A stretch of DNA of 64,000 nt from Rhodospirillaceae bacterium (GTDB lineage: Bacteria > Pseudomonadota > Alphaproteobacteria > UBA6615): contig JAYOFO010000004.1 in NCBI GenBank assembly GCA_038117265.1, forward strand, positions 18,816 to 82,815, given 5' to 3'. This document shows, piece after piece, positions 37,721-47,234 of the stretch. A program made the translations under genes and the position numbers. The first letter of the stretch is position 1. Each line of letters opens with the position of its first letter. The notes under the pieces were generated by a model, which saw only the letters and a program-made list of their open reading frames with translations, did no database searches and had not been told where the DNA came from.

Positions 37721-39259
37721 ATGAATCTCAACCAGCTGCTCGTGCGCGCGGCGCAGAGCTTTCCCGACCGCACGGCGATCGGCCACGGCACGCGGGCCTA
37801 CTGCGATTATGCGACCCTGGGGCGCCGCGCCGCGGGGATCGCGGGTGCCCTGCAGGCGATGGGCCTGGCGCGCGACGACCGGGTCGCGATCTTCATGACC
37901 AACTGCCCCGAGTTCCTCGAAGTGTTCCACGGCGCGCTGCACGCCGGCATGTGCGCGCTGCCGATCAACTCCAAGCTCCATGAGAAGGAGCTGGCGTTCA
38001 TCCTCGACAATGCGCGCGCGCGGGTGCTGTTCGTCACGCCCGATCACGCCGAGCAGGGCGCCCGGGCGATCGCGGCGGCGGGCAGCGATGCGCGGCTGGT
38101 GGTGGTCGGCCAGGGCGACGCGTACGAAAGGCTGCGCGCCGGCGATCCCGTCGCCATGGCCGAGCGCGCCGGCGACGACCTGGCATGGCTGTTCTACACC
38201 TCGGGCACCACGGGCCAACCCAAGGGGGCGATGCTGACCCACCGGAACCTGTGGGAGATGACCCTCAACTACTTCGTCGACATCGACCGCTTCCCGCCCG
38301 ACGGCGTGGCGCTGCATCCCGCGCCGATGTCGCACGGCTCGGGCTGCTACGGCATTCCGCACCTGGCCCGCTTCGCCGCCCAGGTGGTGCCCGAATCCGG
38401 CGGCTTCGAGCCGGCCGAGATCTTCGAACTGTGCCGCCACTACGCGGATGTCTCGTTCTTCGCCGCGCCGACCATGGTCAAGCGGCTGGTGGAACATCCG
38501 GGCGGCGACGAGGCGCCGGGCCTGCGGACCATCACCTATGGCGGCGGGCCGATGTATGTCGCCGACCTGAAGCGCGCGCTCGACCGGTTCGGTTCGAAGT
38601 TCGTCCAGCTCTACGGCCAGGGCGAGGCGCCGATGACGATCACGGTGCTGCCGCGCGAGGACCATGTGGCGACCGACCATCCGCGCTACGAGGAACGGCT
38701 AGGTTCGGTCGGGTTCGCCCAGTCAGTGGTCGAGGTGCGCGTCGTCGACCCCGACGACAACCCGGTGCCCACGGGCGACGTGGGCGAGGTCATCGTGCGC
38801 GGCGACGTTATCATGAAGGGCTACTGGGAGCGCCCCGACGCCAATGCCGACACCCTGCGCGGCGGCTGGCTGCACACCGGCGACATGGCGGCCTTCGACG
38901 AGGATGGCTACCTGACCCTGAAGGACCGCTCGAAGGATCTGATCATCTCCGGCGGCTCGAACATCTACCCGCGCGAGATCGAGGAGGTGTTGCTGCGCCA
39001 TCCCGCCGTGCTGGAATGCGCCGTCGTCGGCCAGCCGCACCCGGAATGGGGCGAGGCGGTCGTCGCCTTCGTTGCGCCGGTGGAGGGGCGGGAGATCGAC
39101 ACGAGCGAACTCGACCGGCTCTGTCTCGACAACATCGCGCGCTTCAAGCGGCCCAAGCAGTATCGCATCGCCGCCACGCTGCCGAAGAACAACTACGGCA
39201 AGATCGTGAAGCGCGAGCTGCGCAACCAGCTCGACGCGGAAGCGCGCGACGAGAAGTAA
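37721..39259 (+). CDS. AMP-dependent acyl-CoA synthetase/ligase (class I adenylate-forming)
   Basis: 512 aa; YTSGTTGQPKG AMP motif, GWLHTGD, NYGKI. Confidence 0.8.
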   Translation: MNLNQLLVRAAQSFPDRTAIGHGTRAYCDYATLGRRAAGIAGALQAMGLARDDRVAIFMTNCPEFLEVFHGALHAGMCALPINSKLHEKELAFILDNARARVLFVTPDHAEQGARAIAAAGSDARLVVVGQGDAYERLRAGDPVAMAERAGDDLAWLFYTSGTTGQPKGAMLTHRNLWEMTLNYFVDIDRFPPDGVALHPAPMSHGSGCYGIPHLARFAAQVVPESGGFEPAEIFELCRHYADVSFFAAPTMVKRLVEHPGGDEAPGLRTITYGGGPMYVADLKRALDRFGSKFVQLYGQGEAPMTITVLPREDHVATDHPRYEERLGSVGFAQSVVEVRVVDPDDNPVPTGDVGEVIVRGDVIMKGYWERPDANADTLRGGWLHTGDMAAFDEDGYLTLKDRSKDLIISGGSNIYPREIEEVLLRHPAVLECAVVGQPHPEWGEAVVAFVAPVEGREIDTSELDRLCLDNIARFKRPKQYRIAATLPKNNYGKIVKRELRNQLDAEARDEK

Positions 39260-39276
39260 ATTCCGGGGAAATTGCC

Positions 39277-40230
39277 ATGCCGTCACCCGTATGCCCCGGC
39301 CTGCAGGCCGTCTTCGACGAGATCAAGGAATCGGGAGCTGCCCTGCCGGACCCGGCCGATGTCGGCGTCGAGGCGGCGCGCGCGGCACGCGGGCGCTACT
39401 ACGCGTTCCTGAACCAGCCGGATGCTCTCCTCGACGTCGACGAGGTGCGTGACGTCACGATCGATGGGCCGCACGGGCCGTTCCTGCTGCGCCTCTACTT
39501 CCCGACCGCGGAGCGCCCGGCCCCCGTCACGGTCTTCATCCATGGCGGCGGCTGGTGGACCGGCGATGTCGCCGTCTACGACCAGATCTGCCGCCGGCTC
39601 GCGTTCGAGAGCGGGTGCGCCGTCGCCAGCGTCGACTACCGGCTGTGGCCCGAGCACCGCTTTCCTGTGCCGGTGGACGAGACCATGGCGGCCGCGGACT
39701 GGGTGCGGAGCGAGGGGGCAGCGAACGGCCTCGATCCCGACCGGATTGCGTTCTGCGGCGATTCAGCCGGCGCGACCCTGGCGCTCTATGCGGGGGCCGA
39801 ACTCAAGCACACCGGTGCGGTGCGGGCCCTCGCGCTGGTCTATGGGGTCTATCAGATCGACGTGGACACGCCGTCCTGGCGCGAGATCGGCGACGGCACC
39901 TACGGGCTGACCGTCGCGCAGATGCGGTGGATATGGGACGGCTACCTGAAGGGCCAGGACGTGGAGCGCACGGATCCCCGGGCGGCCCCCCTGTATGCCG
40001 ACCTGTCGGGCCTGCCCTACACCTGGGTCATGGTGGGCGATCTCGATCCGCTGGTCGACGACAGCCGTGCTCTTGCCGAACGGCTCGCGGCCGCAGGCGT
40101 TCCCCACCAGCTCAAGGTGGAGGAGGGAATGACCCACTTCATCTGGATGTGGCAGCGCCTCTACCAGCGTTCGCGCGCCTCGATTGCCGAGGCCGGCGCG
40201 GTCCTGAAGCGGGAGTTGCGGCGCGGCTGA
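39277..40230 (+). CDS. Alpha/beta hydrolase, esterase/lipase (HSL family)
   Basis: 317 aa; HGGGW oxyanion hole, GDSAG nucleophile elbow. Confidence 0.75.
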   Translation: MPSPVCPGLQAVFDEIKESGAALPDPADVGVEAARAARGRYYAFLNQPDALLDVDEVRDVTIDGPHGPFLLRLYFPTAERPAPVTVFIHGGGWWTGDVAVYDQICRRLAFESGCAVASVDYRLWPEHRFPVPVDETMAAADWVRSEGAANGLDPDRIAFCGDSAGATLALYAGAELKHTGAVRALALVYGVYQIDVDTPSWREIGDGTYGLTVAQMRWIWDGYLKGQDVERTDPRAAPLYADLSGLPYTWVMVGDLDPLVDDSRALAERLAAAGVPHQLKVEEGMTHFIWMWQRLYQRSRASIAEAGAVLKRELRRG

Positions 40231-40240
40231 CGGGCCGCGG

Positions 40241-41146
40241 CTACTCCTTGGCCATCACCGCGGTCAAATTCTCCAGCGCATCGGTGTAGCCGCGCGGGTC
40301 GCGCATCTCGACGATCTGCGGCCAGAGTTCCGCGATCCGCTCGGGCGTCATGGGCGTGCGCGGATCGACGTGGACGCCGGCGCTCTCCATCACCTGGATG
40401 CGCGAGTAGTAGCCGGCGGTCGCGGCGATCAGGTTGCCGGAATCGGTGCAATCCTCGCTGACCAGATAGGCGACCATGGCGGCGACGGCATCGGGTGTTA
40501 CCAGGTCGGCATCGTAGGTGTCGAAGATGCCCGATGGCTCTGCGATTCGGGTGGCGGCGAGCGGTGCGAGTGCGTTCGCGGTGATGTTGTAGCGAGCGCC
40601 CTCGAGCTTCAGCGTGTTCACCAGCCCGACGACCGCCATCTTCGCCGCGGAATAGTTGGTCTGGCCGAAATTGCCATAGAGACCGGCATTGGACGAGACC
40701 ATCAGGATGCGGCCGTAATTCGCCTCGCGCATGTGGGGAAACGCCGCATGGGTGACATAGACAGAGCCCAGCAGGTGCACCTTCACGACGAATTCGTAGT
40801 CGTCGAGGTCCATCTTGTGGAAGGACTTGTCGCGCACGATGCCGGCGTTGTTGATGACGATGTCGATGCCGCCGAAGGCATCGAGCGCGGTCTGGACGAT
40901 GTTGGCGGCGCTGTCGCGCTCGGCCACGCTGTCGTAGTTGGCGACGGCCTCGCCGCCGGCCGCGCGAATTTCCTCGACCACGGCATCGGCGGGGGACGCC
41001 GATCCACCGCTGCCGTCGATCGCGCCGCCCAGATCGTTGACCACGACCTTTGCGCCGCGCGCACCCAGCGCCAGGGCATAGCTCCGTCCCAGCCCGTTGC
41101 CCGCGCCGGTCACGATGGCGACCCGGCCGTCAAATCCGATTGTCAT
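40241..41146 (-). CDS. SDR family oxidoreductase (MFE-2-like 3-hydroxyacyl-CoA dehydrogenase type)
   Basis: 301 aa; TGAGNGLG, NNAG, YSAAK motifs. Confidence 0.75.
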   Translation of the reverse strand: MTIGFDGRVAIVTGAGNGLGRSYALALGARGAKVVVNDLGGAIDGSGGSASPADAVVEEIRAAGGEAVANYDSVAERDSAANIVQTALDAFGGIDIVINNAGIVRDKSFHKMDLDDYEFVVKVHLLGSVYVTHAAFPHMREANYGRILMVSSNAGLYGNFGQTNYSAAKMAVVGLVNTLKLEGARYNITANALAPLAATRIAEPSGIFDTYDADLVTPDAVAAMVAYLVSEDCTDSGNLIAATAGYYSRIQVMESAGVHVDPRTPMTPERIAELWPQIVEMRDPRGYTDALENLTAVMAKE

Positions 41147-41287
41147 CTTCTAGCCCCCGATTGAATTCTGCGTTCGACCGCAAAACGGCACGTTTCCGGG
41201 GCAATCCTTTCCATTGCCGGATCAAAGTCAAGCATGCGCACGACGAAAACGGCCCCGCCTGGGGCGGGGCCGTTTTGCGTGGTTTGT

Positions 41288-41470
41288 GTTCGGGGGCGAG
41301 GCGGTCAGGCGGCCTTGACCCGGTCGAGGAAGGAGGCGCCGGCGGCCTGGAACTCGCCGGACTGCGCGCCGAGGACCTCGGCGGCGCTGAGTGCCGGTTG
41401 GGTCGCAGCTCCCTGTTCCTCCACTGCCGAGGCGATTGCCGGGGCGGTATCGAAGAAGTCGCCGATGCCC
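41288..41470 (-). pseudogene. Possible gene remnant: coding-like C-terminal fragment with no start codon
   Basis: The minus-strand frame reads AAAIGEGIGDFFDTAPAIASAVEEQGAATQPALSAAEVLGAQSGEFQAAGASFLDRVKAA-stop with strong GC3 bias. It is bounded upstream by an in-frame stop. A terminator-like hairpin (about 41246..41277) lies just downstream. Confidence 0.3.
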
Positions 41471-41583
41471 TCGCCGATGGCAGCCGCTCACCGAATTGCG
41501 CGTGGATTTTCGTAGGTCAGCGGGCTAGCTTGCGCCGCCCCGCGAAGAAGGTTGATACGACTACTGCGGGCAGGGGGTGCTTG

Positions 41584-42507
41584 ATGGAATTCGCCGATCT
41601 CGACTGGACGATCTACTGGTTCATGTTCCCGGTCTCTATCTGTGTCGCGACGACCGCGATGCTCAGCGGGATCGGTGGCGCGGCCCTGTTCGCACCCATC
41701 TTCCTGATCGTCTTCCCGATCTTCGGGCCGGAGTATCTGCTCGCCGGCACCGCCGCTGCCATCGGCACCGCCTTGATGACCGAGGTGTTCGGTTTTTCTT
41801 CAGGTTTTGTAGGGTATTACCGGAAAAAGTTAATTCATTTTCGGAGCGCTGTGCCGTTCCTGATGGTCGCGGTGCCGGTGGCGATCTTGGGCGCCATCAT
41901 GCTGGCTTCGCTGAAGGAACAGGAGGCGCTGCTGAAGGGCGCCTATGCGCTGCTTATGCTGGTCCTCGCGCCGATCATCTTCCGGCACCATCCGCCCCAG
42001 GAAATGGCGACCGAGGGACCCGACGAGTTCTCCGGAACCGGGCGCGAACAGGTAAGCCTGACCGCGGCTGACGGCCAGACCTACGATTTCAAGAAGCCCA
42101 AGCAGGGTGCGGACGGCGCCGCAACCACCGGCATCGGCGCGTTTCTGACGGGGCTGCTCGGCGTCGGTATCGGCGAAGTCATCATGCCGCAGCTGGTCAA
42201 GCGCAACCATGTGCCCGTGCCGGTCGCCGCGGCGACATCGGTGTTCATCGTCATCGTCACGATTGCGGCCGCATCCTTCACCCAGGTCTCGGCGCTGATC
42301 GCGGCCGGCGGTGTGAATGCGATTCCCTGGAACCTTGTGTGTTACACGATTCCCGGCGTAATTATCGGCGGTCAGATCGGCCCCCGCTTGCAGGGCAAGA
42401 TTTCGCAACGCACGATGGAGAAGACGATCGCGTCGCTGTTCGCGATCATCGGTCTGGCTATGGGGTTCATCGCGCTGCGCGAACTTGGGGTGTTCGGCGC
42501 CGCATAA
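41584..42507 (+). CDS. Sulfite exporter TauE/SafE family (DUF81) membrane protein
   Basis: 307 aa, two 4-TM halves separated by a hydrophilic loop. Confidence 0.7.
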   Translation: MEFADLDWTIYWFMFPVSICVATTAMLSGIGGAALFAPIFLIVFPIFGPEYLLAGTAAAIGTALMTEVFGFSSGFVGYYRKKLIHFRSAVPFLMVAVPVAILGAIMLASLKEQEALLKGAYALLMLVLAPIIFRHHPPQEMATEGPDEFSGTGREQVSLTAADGQTYDFKKPKQGADGAATTGIGAFLTGLLGVGIGEVIMPQLVKRNHVPVPVAAATSVFIVIVTIAAASFTQVSALIAAGGVNAIPWNLVCYTIPGVIIGGQIGPRLQGKISQRTMEKTIASLFAIIGLAMGFIALRELGVFGAA

Positions 42508-42519
42508 CCGGGTGCTTGG

Positions 42520-43257
42520 GTGATGTCTCTGGGATTGTCGGAAAGCCGTAACCGCCGGAAACGGCGTCGTCAGGTCGTCGTCGGCCTAGTGCAATCCGGC
42601 CTGGTGATCGCGGTCGCCCTGGGGGTCGGGTTGTGGGCGCGAGACATCGGGACCGAGATCGCGCGCCGCGACGTGGCGACGCTGGAGACCCGGCTTTCCG
42701 ATGTCACGTCGGAAGCGGCGACGCTGCGATCCGAGATCGTCGGCCTCAAGGCCGCGCTGCGGGCCGAGAAGGACCGCGTGGCGGAGTGGCGCGAACGCTA
42801 CGAGAAGGACGTGCCATCGACCGCCGAGGCCGAGATTCTCGCCGCGGCACGGGCGCGCATCGCCGGCGGCGTCCCGGTGGCGCGCCTGGCATCCGTAGTC
42901 GCCATGGCGCGCGACGATGTCGAATGCACACCGCTGGGCGAGCCCAAGCGCTTCATCGTCAACAACGAGATCCGGAGCGGTGCGAAAGATTCGGTGTCCT
43001 TCGCCTCGGGCGCGGTCACTGTCATGGCTAGCGGCGTGGCCGCGCGCAACGCGGCGGGCCAGCCGGAAGCCTGGTTCGACACCGCAAAACCGGTCACGGT
43101 GACGTTCAGCCATGTGGGCGGCGAGTCCTCGCAGGTCGAGGGTCTGTTGCCCATCCACCATGCCATCGCCGTTGGACAGATCGAATACCGGTTCAGCATG
43201 GTCGCTGGGGCGCGATCGTTCGTCGAGGTGACGGGCGCGACATGTTCCTTTCCCTAG
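42520..43257 (+). CDS. Hypothetical membrane-anchored coiled-coil protein (no recognisable family)
   Basis: 245 aa; basic N-terminus (RNRRKRRRQ), one TM helix, about 60-aa heptad-like region, then a C-terminal roughly 110-aa domain. Starts 12 nt after the TauE stop. Confidence 0.5.
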   Translation: MMSLGLSESRNRRKRRRQVVVGLVQSGLVIAVALGVGLWARDIGTEIARRDVATLETRLSDVTSEAATLRSEIVGLKAALRAEKDRVAEWRERYEKDVPSTAEAEILAAARARIAGGVPVARLASVVAMARDDVECTPLGEPKRFIVNNEIRSGAKDSVSFASGAVTVMASGVAARNAAGQPEAWFDTAKPVTVTFSHVGGESSQVEGLLPIHHAIAVGQIEYRFSMVAGARSFVEVTGATCSFP

Positions 43258-43572
43258 ATTCGCCTTCAAAATCATGTGTTTTGACCGCGCGGCGGCCCGC
43301 GAATTCGCTTAAGTTGCGCGCGATCGGACCGAAGTTCGGCATCGGCCGGCGCGCACGACGCGTGCGGGCGGGTTGAAACGCCGGTTTCAAACGCCTAAAT
43401 CGGTGCGCGATCGGCCAGCGGGGCTCGGGAGCATCCGCTGCGAGGAAGAGATACGCCGGCTATCTGGACGGCAACGGCGAGCCATCGGCGGGGACGGACT
43501 CACGAATCCGGACCATTAGCTGTCGACCGTATCAGCCGTCGCGGTGAACCGAGACGGGAGGAGGGGACGGAC

Positions 43573-44565
43573 GTGACAACATTGCTCGATATCCGGGAGC
43601 TGACCAAGCGGTACGGCCCGATTACCGCGGTCGACAACATCTCCTTTTCGGTCGACCAGGGAGAGGTCCTCGGTTTCATCGGTCCCAACGGGTCCGGCAA
43701 GTCGACGACGATGAAGATCGCCACGGGATTCCTGGCGCCGACGGCGGGCACGGTCGCGGTCGCCGGGCACGACGTCACCCGCGAACCGCTCGAGATCAAG
43801 CGGCGGATCGGCTATCTGCCGGAAGGTGCGCCGCTTTACGGCGACATGACGCCGATGTCGCTGCTCAATTTCGTGTGCGATGTGCGCGAACTCTCCGCCG
43901 CCGACAAGAAGCGGGGGATCGAGTACGCGGTCGAGAAGCTGCACATCGGCAACGTGCTCTATCAGCCGATCGAGACCCTTTCGAAGGGCTACAAGCGACG
44001 CGTCGGGCTCGCCCAGGCGATCGTCCATGATCCCGAGCTGCTGATCCTCGACGAGCCTACCGACGGCCTCGACCCGAACCAGAAGCACGAGGTCCGCCAG
44101 TTGCTGACCGAGATGTCGGGTAAGAAGGTGGTGATCATCTCCACCCATATCCTGGAAGAGGTCGAGGCGGTGTGCTCGCGCGCGATCGTGATCGCCAAGG
44201 GAAAGCTGGTCGCCGACCAGGACCCGCTGTCGTTGCAGGCGCGCTCCAGACTGCACAATGCCGTGGGCATCCGCTTGCCGGCCGACCAGGCCGGGGCCTG
44301 TTCGGACCTGCTGCGCGGGCTTTCGGGCATCGGCAGCGTCGAGGTCACTACCCAGGTGGGGGCGATGGTCGAGATGCTGGCCTTGGCCAACGCGGGCGGC
44401 GAGATCCTGACCACCGTGCGTGCGGCGATCGACGGCAAGGGCATCCGGGTCGACGAGATCTTCGTCGAGCGGGGGCGTCTGGAGGATGTCTTCCGCGACC
44501 TGACCTGCGCCGCAGAGGGATTGAAGGGGCCGACCACGACGGCCAGGGAGAGCGTCGATGCGTAA
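43573..44565 (+). CDS. ABC transporter ATP-binding protein (ABC-2/GldA-like)
   Basis: 330 aa; Walker A GPNGSGKST, signature LSKGYKRRV, Walker B LLILDEPT. GTG start after GGGAGGAGG. Confidence 0.8.
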   Translation: MTTLLDIRELTKRYGPITAVDNISFSVDQGEVLGFIGPNGSGKSTTMKIATGFLAPTAGTVAVAGHDVTREPLEIKRRIGYLPEGAPLYGDMTPMSLLNFVCDVRELSAADKKRGIEYAVEKLHIGNVLYQPIETLSKGYKRRVGLAQAIVHDPELLILDEPTDGLDPNQKHEVRQLLTEMSGKKVVIISTHILEEVEAVCSRAIVIAKGKLVADQDPLSLQARSRLHNAVGIRLPADQAGACSDLLRGLSGIGSVEVTTQVGAMVEMLALANAGGEILTTVRAAIDGKGIRVDEIFVERGRLEDVFRDLTCAAEGLKGPTTTARESVDA

Positions 44566-45292
44566 TGTCTGGATCGTCGGCCGGCGCGAGCTTGCGGCGT
44601 ATTTCACGTCGCCGCTGGCCTATGTGTTCATCGTCATCTTTCTCGCGCTGGCGGGCGGGCTGACCTTCTTCTTCGGCGCCTGGCTCGAACGGGGACAGGC
44701 GGACCTGCAGGTCTTCTTTGTCTATCACCCCTACCTGTACCTGTTCCTGATCCCGGCGGTCGGGATGCGGCTGTGGGCCGAGGAGCGCAAGACCGGCACC
44801 ATCGAGTTCCTGCTCACCCTCCCGGTCACCACCAGCCAGATCGTCATCGGCAAGTTCCTCGCCGCCTGGCTGTTCGCCGGGATCGCGCTGACGCTGACGT
44901 TCCCGATGTGGCTGACGGTCAACTTCCTGGGCAATCCCGACAACGGCATCATCGCCGCGTCCTACATCGGCAGCTGGCTGATGGCGGGCGGTTTCCTGGC
45001 GCTCAGCGCCTGCGTGTCGGCGCTGACCAAGAACCAGGTGATCGCCTTCGTGCTGGCCTCCGCACTGTGCTTCGTCTTCATGATGAGCGGGGTCGAGATC
45101 ATCCAGTCGTTCTTCCGGGCCTGGACGCCGCAGACCTTCGTCGAGGCGGTGGCCCAGTTGAGCTTCCTGACGAACTTCACCGAGATCGCACAGGGCGTGA
45201 TCGACCTGCGCGACCTGGTTTTCTTCCTGTCGGTCATCGGCATCGCGCTGTTCGTGAACGTGGCGATCGTCGAAGCCAAAAAGGGGGTCTGA
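44558..45292 (+). CDS. ABC-2 type transporter permease (GldF-like)
   Basis: 244 aa, 6 predicted TM helices; start overlaps the ATPase stop. Confidence 0.7.
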   Translation: MRNVWIVGRRELAAYFTSPLAYVFIVIFLALAGGLTFFFGAWLERGQADLQVFFVYHPYLYLFLIPAVGMRLWAEERKTGTIEFLLTLPVTTSQIVIGKFLAAWLFAGIALTLTFPMWLTVNFLGNPDNGIIAASYIGSWLMAGGFLALSACVSALTKNQVIAFVLASALCFVFMMSGVEIIQSFFRAWTPQTFVEAVAQLSFLTNFTEIAQGVIDLRDLVFFLSVIGIALFVNVAIVEAKKGV

Positions 45293-45295
45293 GCC

Positions 45296-47221
45296 ATGTG
45301 GGATCGCATCCGCAACGCCGACCGCCGGACCCTCGCATGGGGCACCATCGTCCTGTCGATCGTGTTCTTCGTGTCGTTCAACGCGTTGGTGAACACGGTT
45401 TTCACCAGCACGCGCCTCGATCTGACCGAAGACGGGCTGTTCACCCTGTCGGACGGCACCAAGGAGGTTCTGGCCTCGCTCGAGGAGCCGATCGACCTTC
45501 GCCTCTATTACTCCGAGAAGTTCGACGAGATCGGGCCCGACATCGCGCGCCACGCCGACCGCGTGCGCGAGTTGCTGGACGCCTATGCGCGCCTGTCGGA
45601 CGGCAAGATCCGGCTCCAGTATTTCGATCCGCAGCCCTTCTCGCCCGAGGAGGATCTGGCGGTCAGCGACGGGCTGCAGGGCCTGCCGTTCGACCAGTCG
45701 GGCGCGCGCGTCTATTTCGGCATTTCGGGGACGAACTCGACCGACGATGTGGATGCGATCGGGTATCTCGCGCCCGAGCGGAGCGCGTTCCTCGAATACG
45801 ACCTGACGCGCATGGTGGCGAACCTCGCGGATCCGGAGAAGCCGGTTGTCGCGCTGGTCACCGACCTGCCGATCCAGGGCACCCAGTTCGACAATTACCG
45901 GCCCTGGCTGGTTTTCCAGGGCCTGCAGCAGTTCTTCAAGGTCGAGGTGCTCGATCGCGATGCGACCGAACTGCCCGAGAACACCGAGATTCTGGTGGTC
46001 GCGGGCGCGCACCTGATCAAGGACGAGCTGCTCTATGCCATGGACCAGTTCGTGATGAATGGCGGGCGCGTGCTGGCGTTCGCCGATCCCTATGCCGAGA
46101 CGATGGGTCTGGCCGGCCCGACGGCGGGCCAGCTTCCGCCGCCGGGTGTCGGCCAGGCCGCGCTCGAGCCGCTGCTGAACGCCTGGGGCGTGACGGTGGA
46201 GCGCGGGCAGTTCGTTGCCAACATCGACGACGCGATCCGCGTCGGGTTCCCGAACCCGGAAACGGGTCAGCAGGTGGCGGTCGATTATGTGGCGTGGCTG
46301 ACCCTGCAGGGCGACCGGTTCGCGCGCGACGACGCCGTCTCGACGCAGCTGCAGCGGATCGTGCTGAGCTCGACCGGCGCCTTCATGAAGGCCGAAGGGG
46401 CGAAGAGCAGCTTCGAGCCGCTGATCTTCACGACGCCCAACTCGTCGCTGATGAGCGCGTTCGAAATCGCCCAGCAGCCCAACCCCATCGCGCTGCTCGA
46501 CAAGTTCGAACCGAAGGACACGGTCTTCAACATCGCCGCGCGCGTGACCGGCAATGTGAAGTCGGCCTTTCCGGACGGCCCGTCCGAGAAGGTTCTCGAA
46601 TCGGCCGACGATGCCGAGGCGCTGAAGGCGGCCCACAAGTCGGTGCCCGATAGGCCCGCGAACATCATCCTGGTCGGCGACGTCGACATGCTGGCGAACC
46701 AGAACTGGGCGCAGGTCAGCGACGTGGCCGGCGAGCAGGTGGCGATCCCGACGGCGAACAATGCCGATTTCTTCATCAATGCGATCGACAATCTGCGAGG
46801 CAACCAGGGGCTCGTCGGCCTGCGCGGCCGCGGCCTGACCGTTCGCCCGTTCGAGGTTATCGAGGAGATGCGCAAGGAGGCGGATAGCCGGTTCCGCAAC
46901 CAGGAGCAGCAGCTTCTCGCGCGTATCTCGGAGATGGAGCAGACGATCGAGCGGCTGCAGCGCGAGGAACAGAACACCGGCGTGCTGCTGACCTCGCAAC
47001 AGCAGGCCGAGATCGACCGGTTCCGGGTCGAAATGCTCGACATGCGTCGCAAGCTGCGCGATGTCCAGCGTTCGCTGCGTGAAGACGTCGACCGCCTGCA
47101 GCGCGAGGTGCGCATCGTCAACATCTGGGCGGTACCGGTGCTCGTCGCCATCCTGGCCGTGATCCTGGCGATCGTTCGCCGGATGCGCAGGGCGCGCTAT
47201 CACCGCACCGTGCTGCACTAG
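45296..47221 (+). CDS. GldG-like ABC-transporter auxiliary component (Gldg family)
   Basis: 641 aa; N-terminal TM, large periplasmic domain, C-terminal coiled-coil and TM anchor. Confidence 0.65.
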   Translation: MWDRIRNADRRTLAWGTIVLSIVFFVSFNALVNTVFTSTRLDLTEDGLFTLSDGTKEVLASLEEPIDLRLYYSEKFDEIGPDIARHADRVRELLDAYARLSDGKIRLQYFDPQPFSPEEDLAVSDGLQGLPFDQSGARVYFGISGTNSTDDVDAIGYLAPERSAFLEYDLTRMVANLADPEKPVVALVTDLPIQGTQFDNYRPWLVFQGLQQFFKVEVLDRDATELPENTEILVVAGAHLIKDELLYAMDQFVMNGGRVLAFADPYAETMGLAGPTAGQLPPPGVGQAALEPLLNAWGVTVERGQFVANIDDAIRVGFPNPETGQQVAVDYVAWLTLQGDRFARDDAVSTQLQRIVLSSTGAFMKAEGAKSSFEPLIFTTPNSSLMSAFEIAQQPNPIALLDKFEPKDTVFNIAARVTGNVKSAFPDGPSEKVLESADDAEALKAAHKSVPDRPANIILVGDVDMLANQNWAQVSDVAGEQVAIPTANNADFFINAIDNLRGNQGLVGLRGRGLTVRPFEVIEEMRKEADSRFRNQEQQLLARISEMEQTIERLQREEQNTGVLLTSQQQAEIDRFRVEMLDMRRKLRDVQRSLREDVDRLQREVRIVNIWAVPVLVAILAVILAIVRRMRRARYHRTVLH

Positions 47222-47234
47222 AGGGGGGTGGAAG

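Noticed and set aside
41228-41491. 87-aa Arg-rich minus ORF in the SDR/tauE intergenic region
   Set aside because: Polybasic shadow-like translation. A different minus frame in the same place looks coding-like but lacks a start; it is reported as a possible remnant instead.
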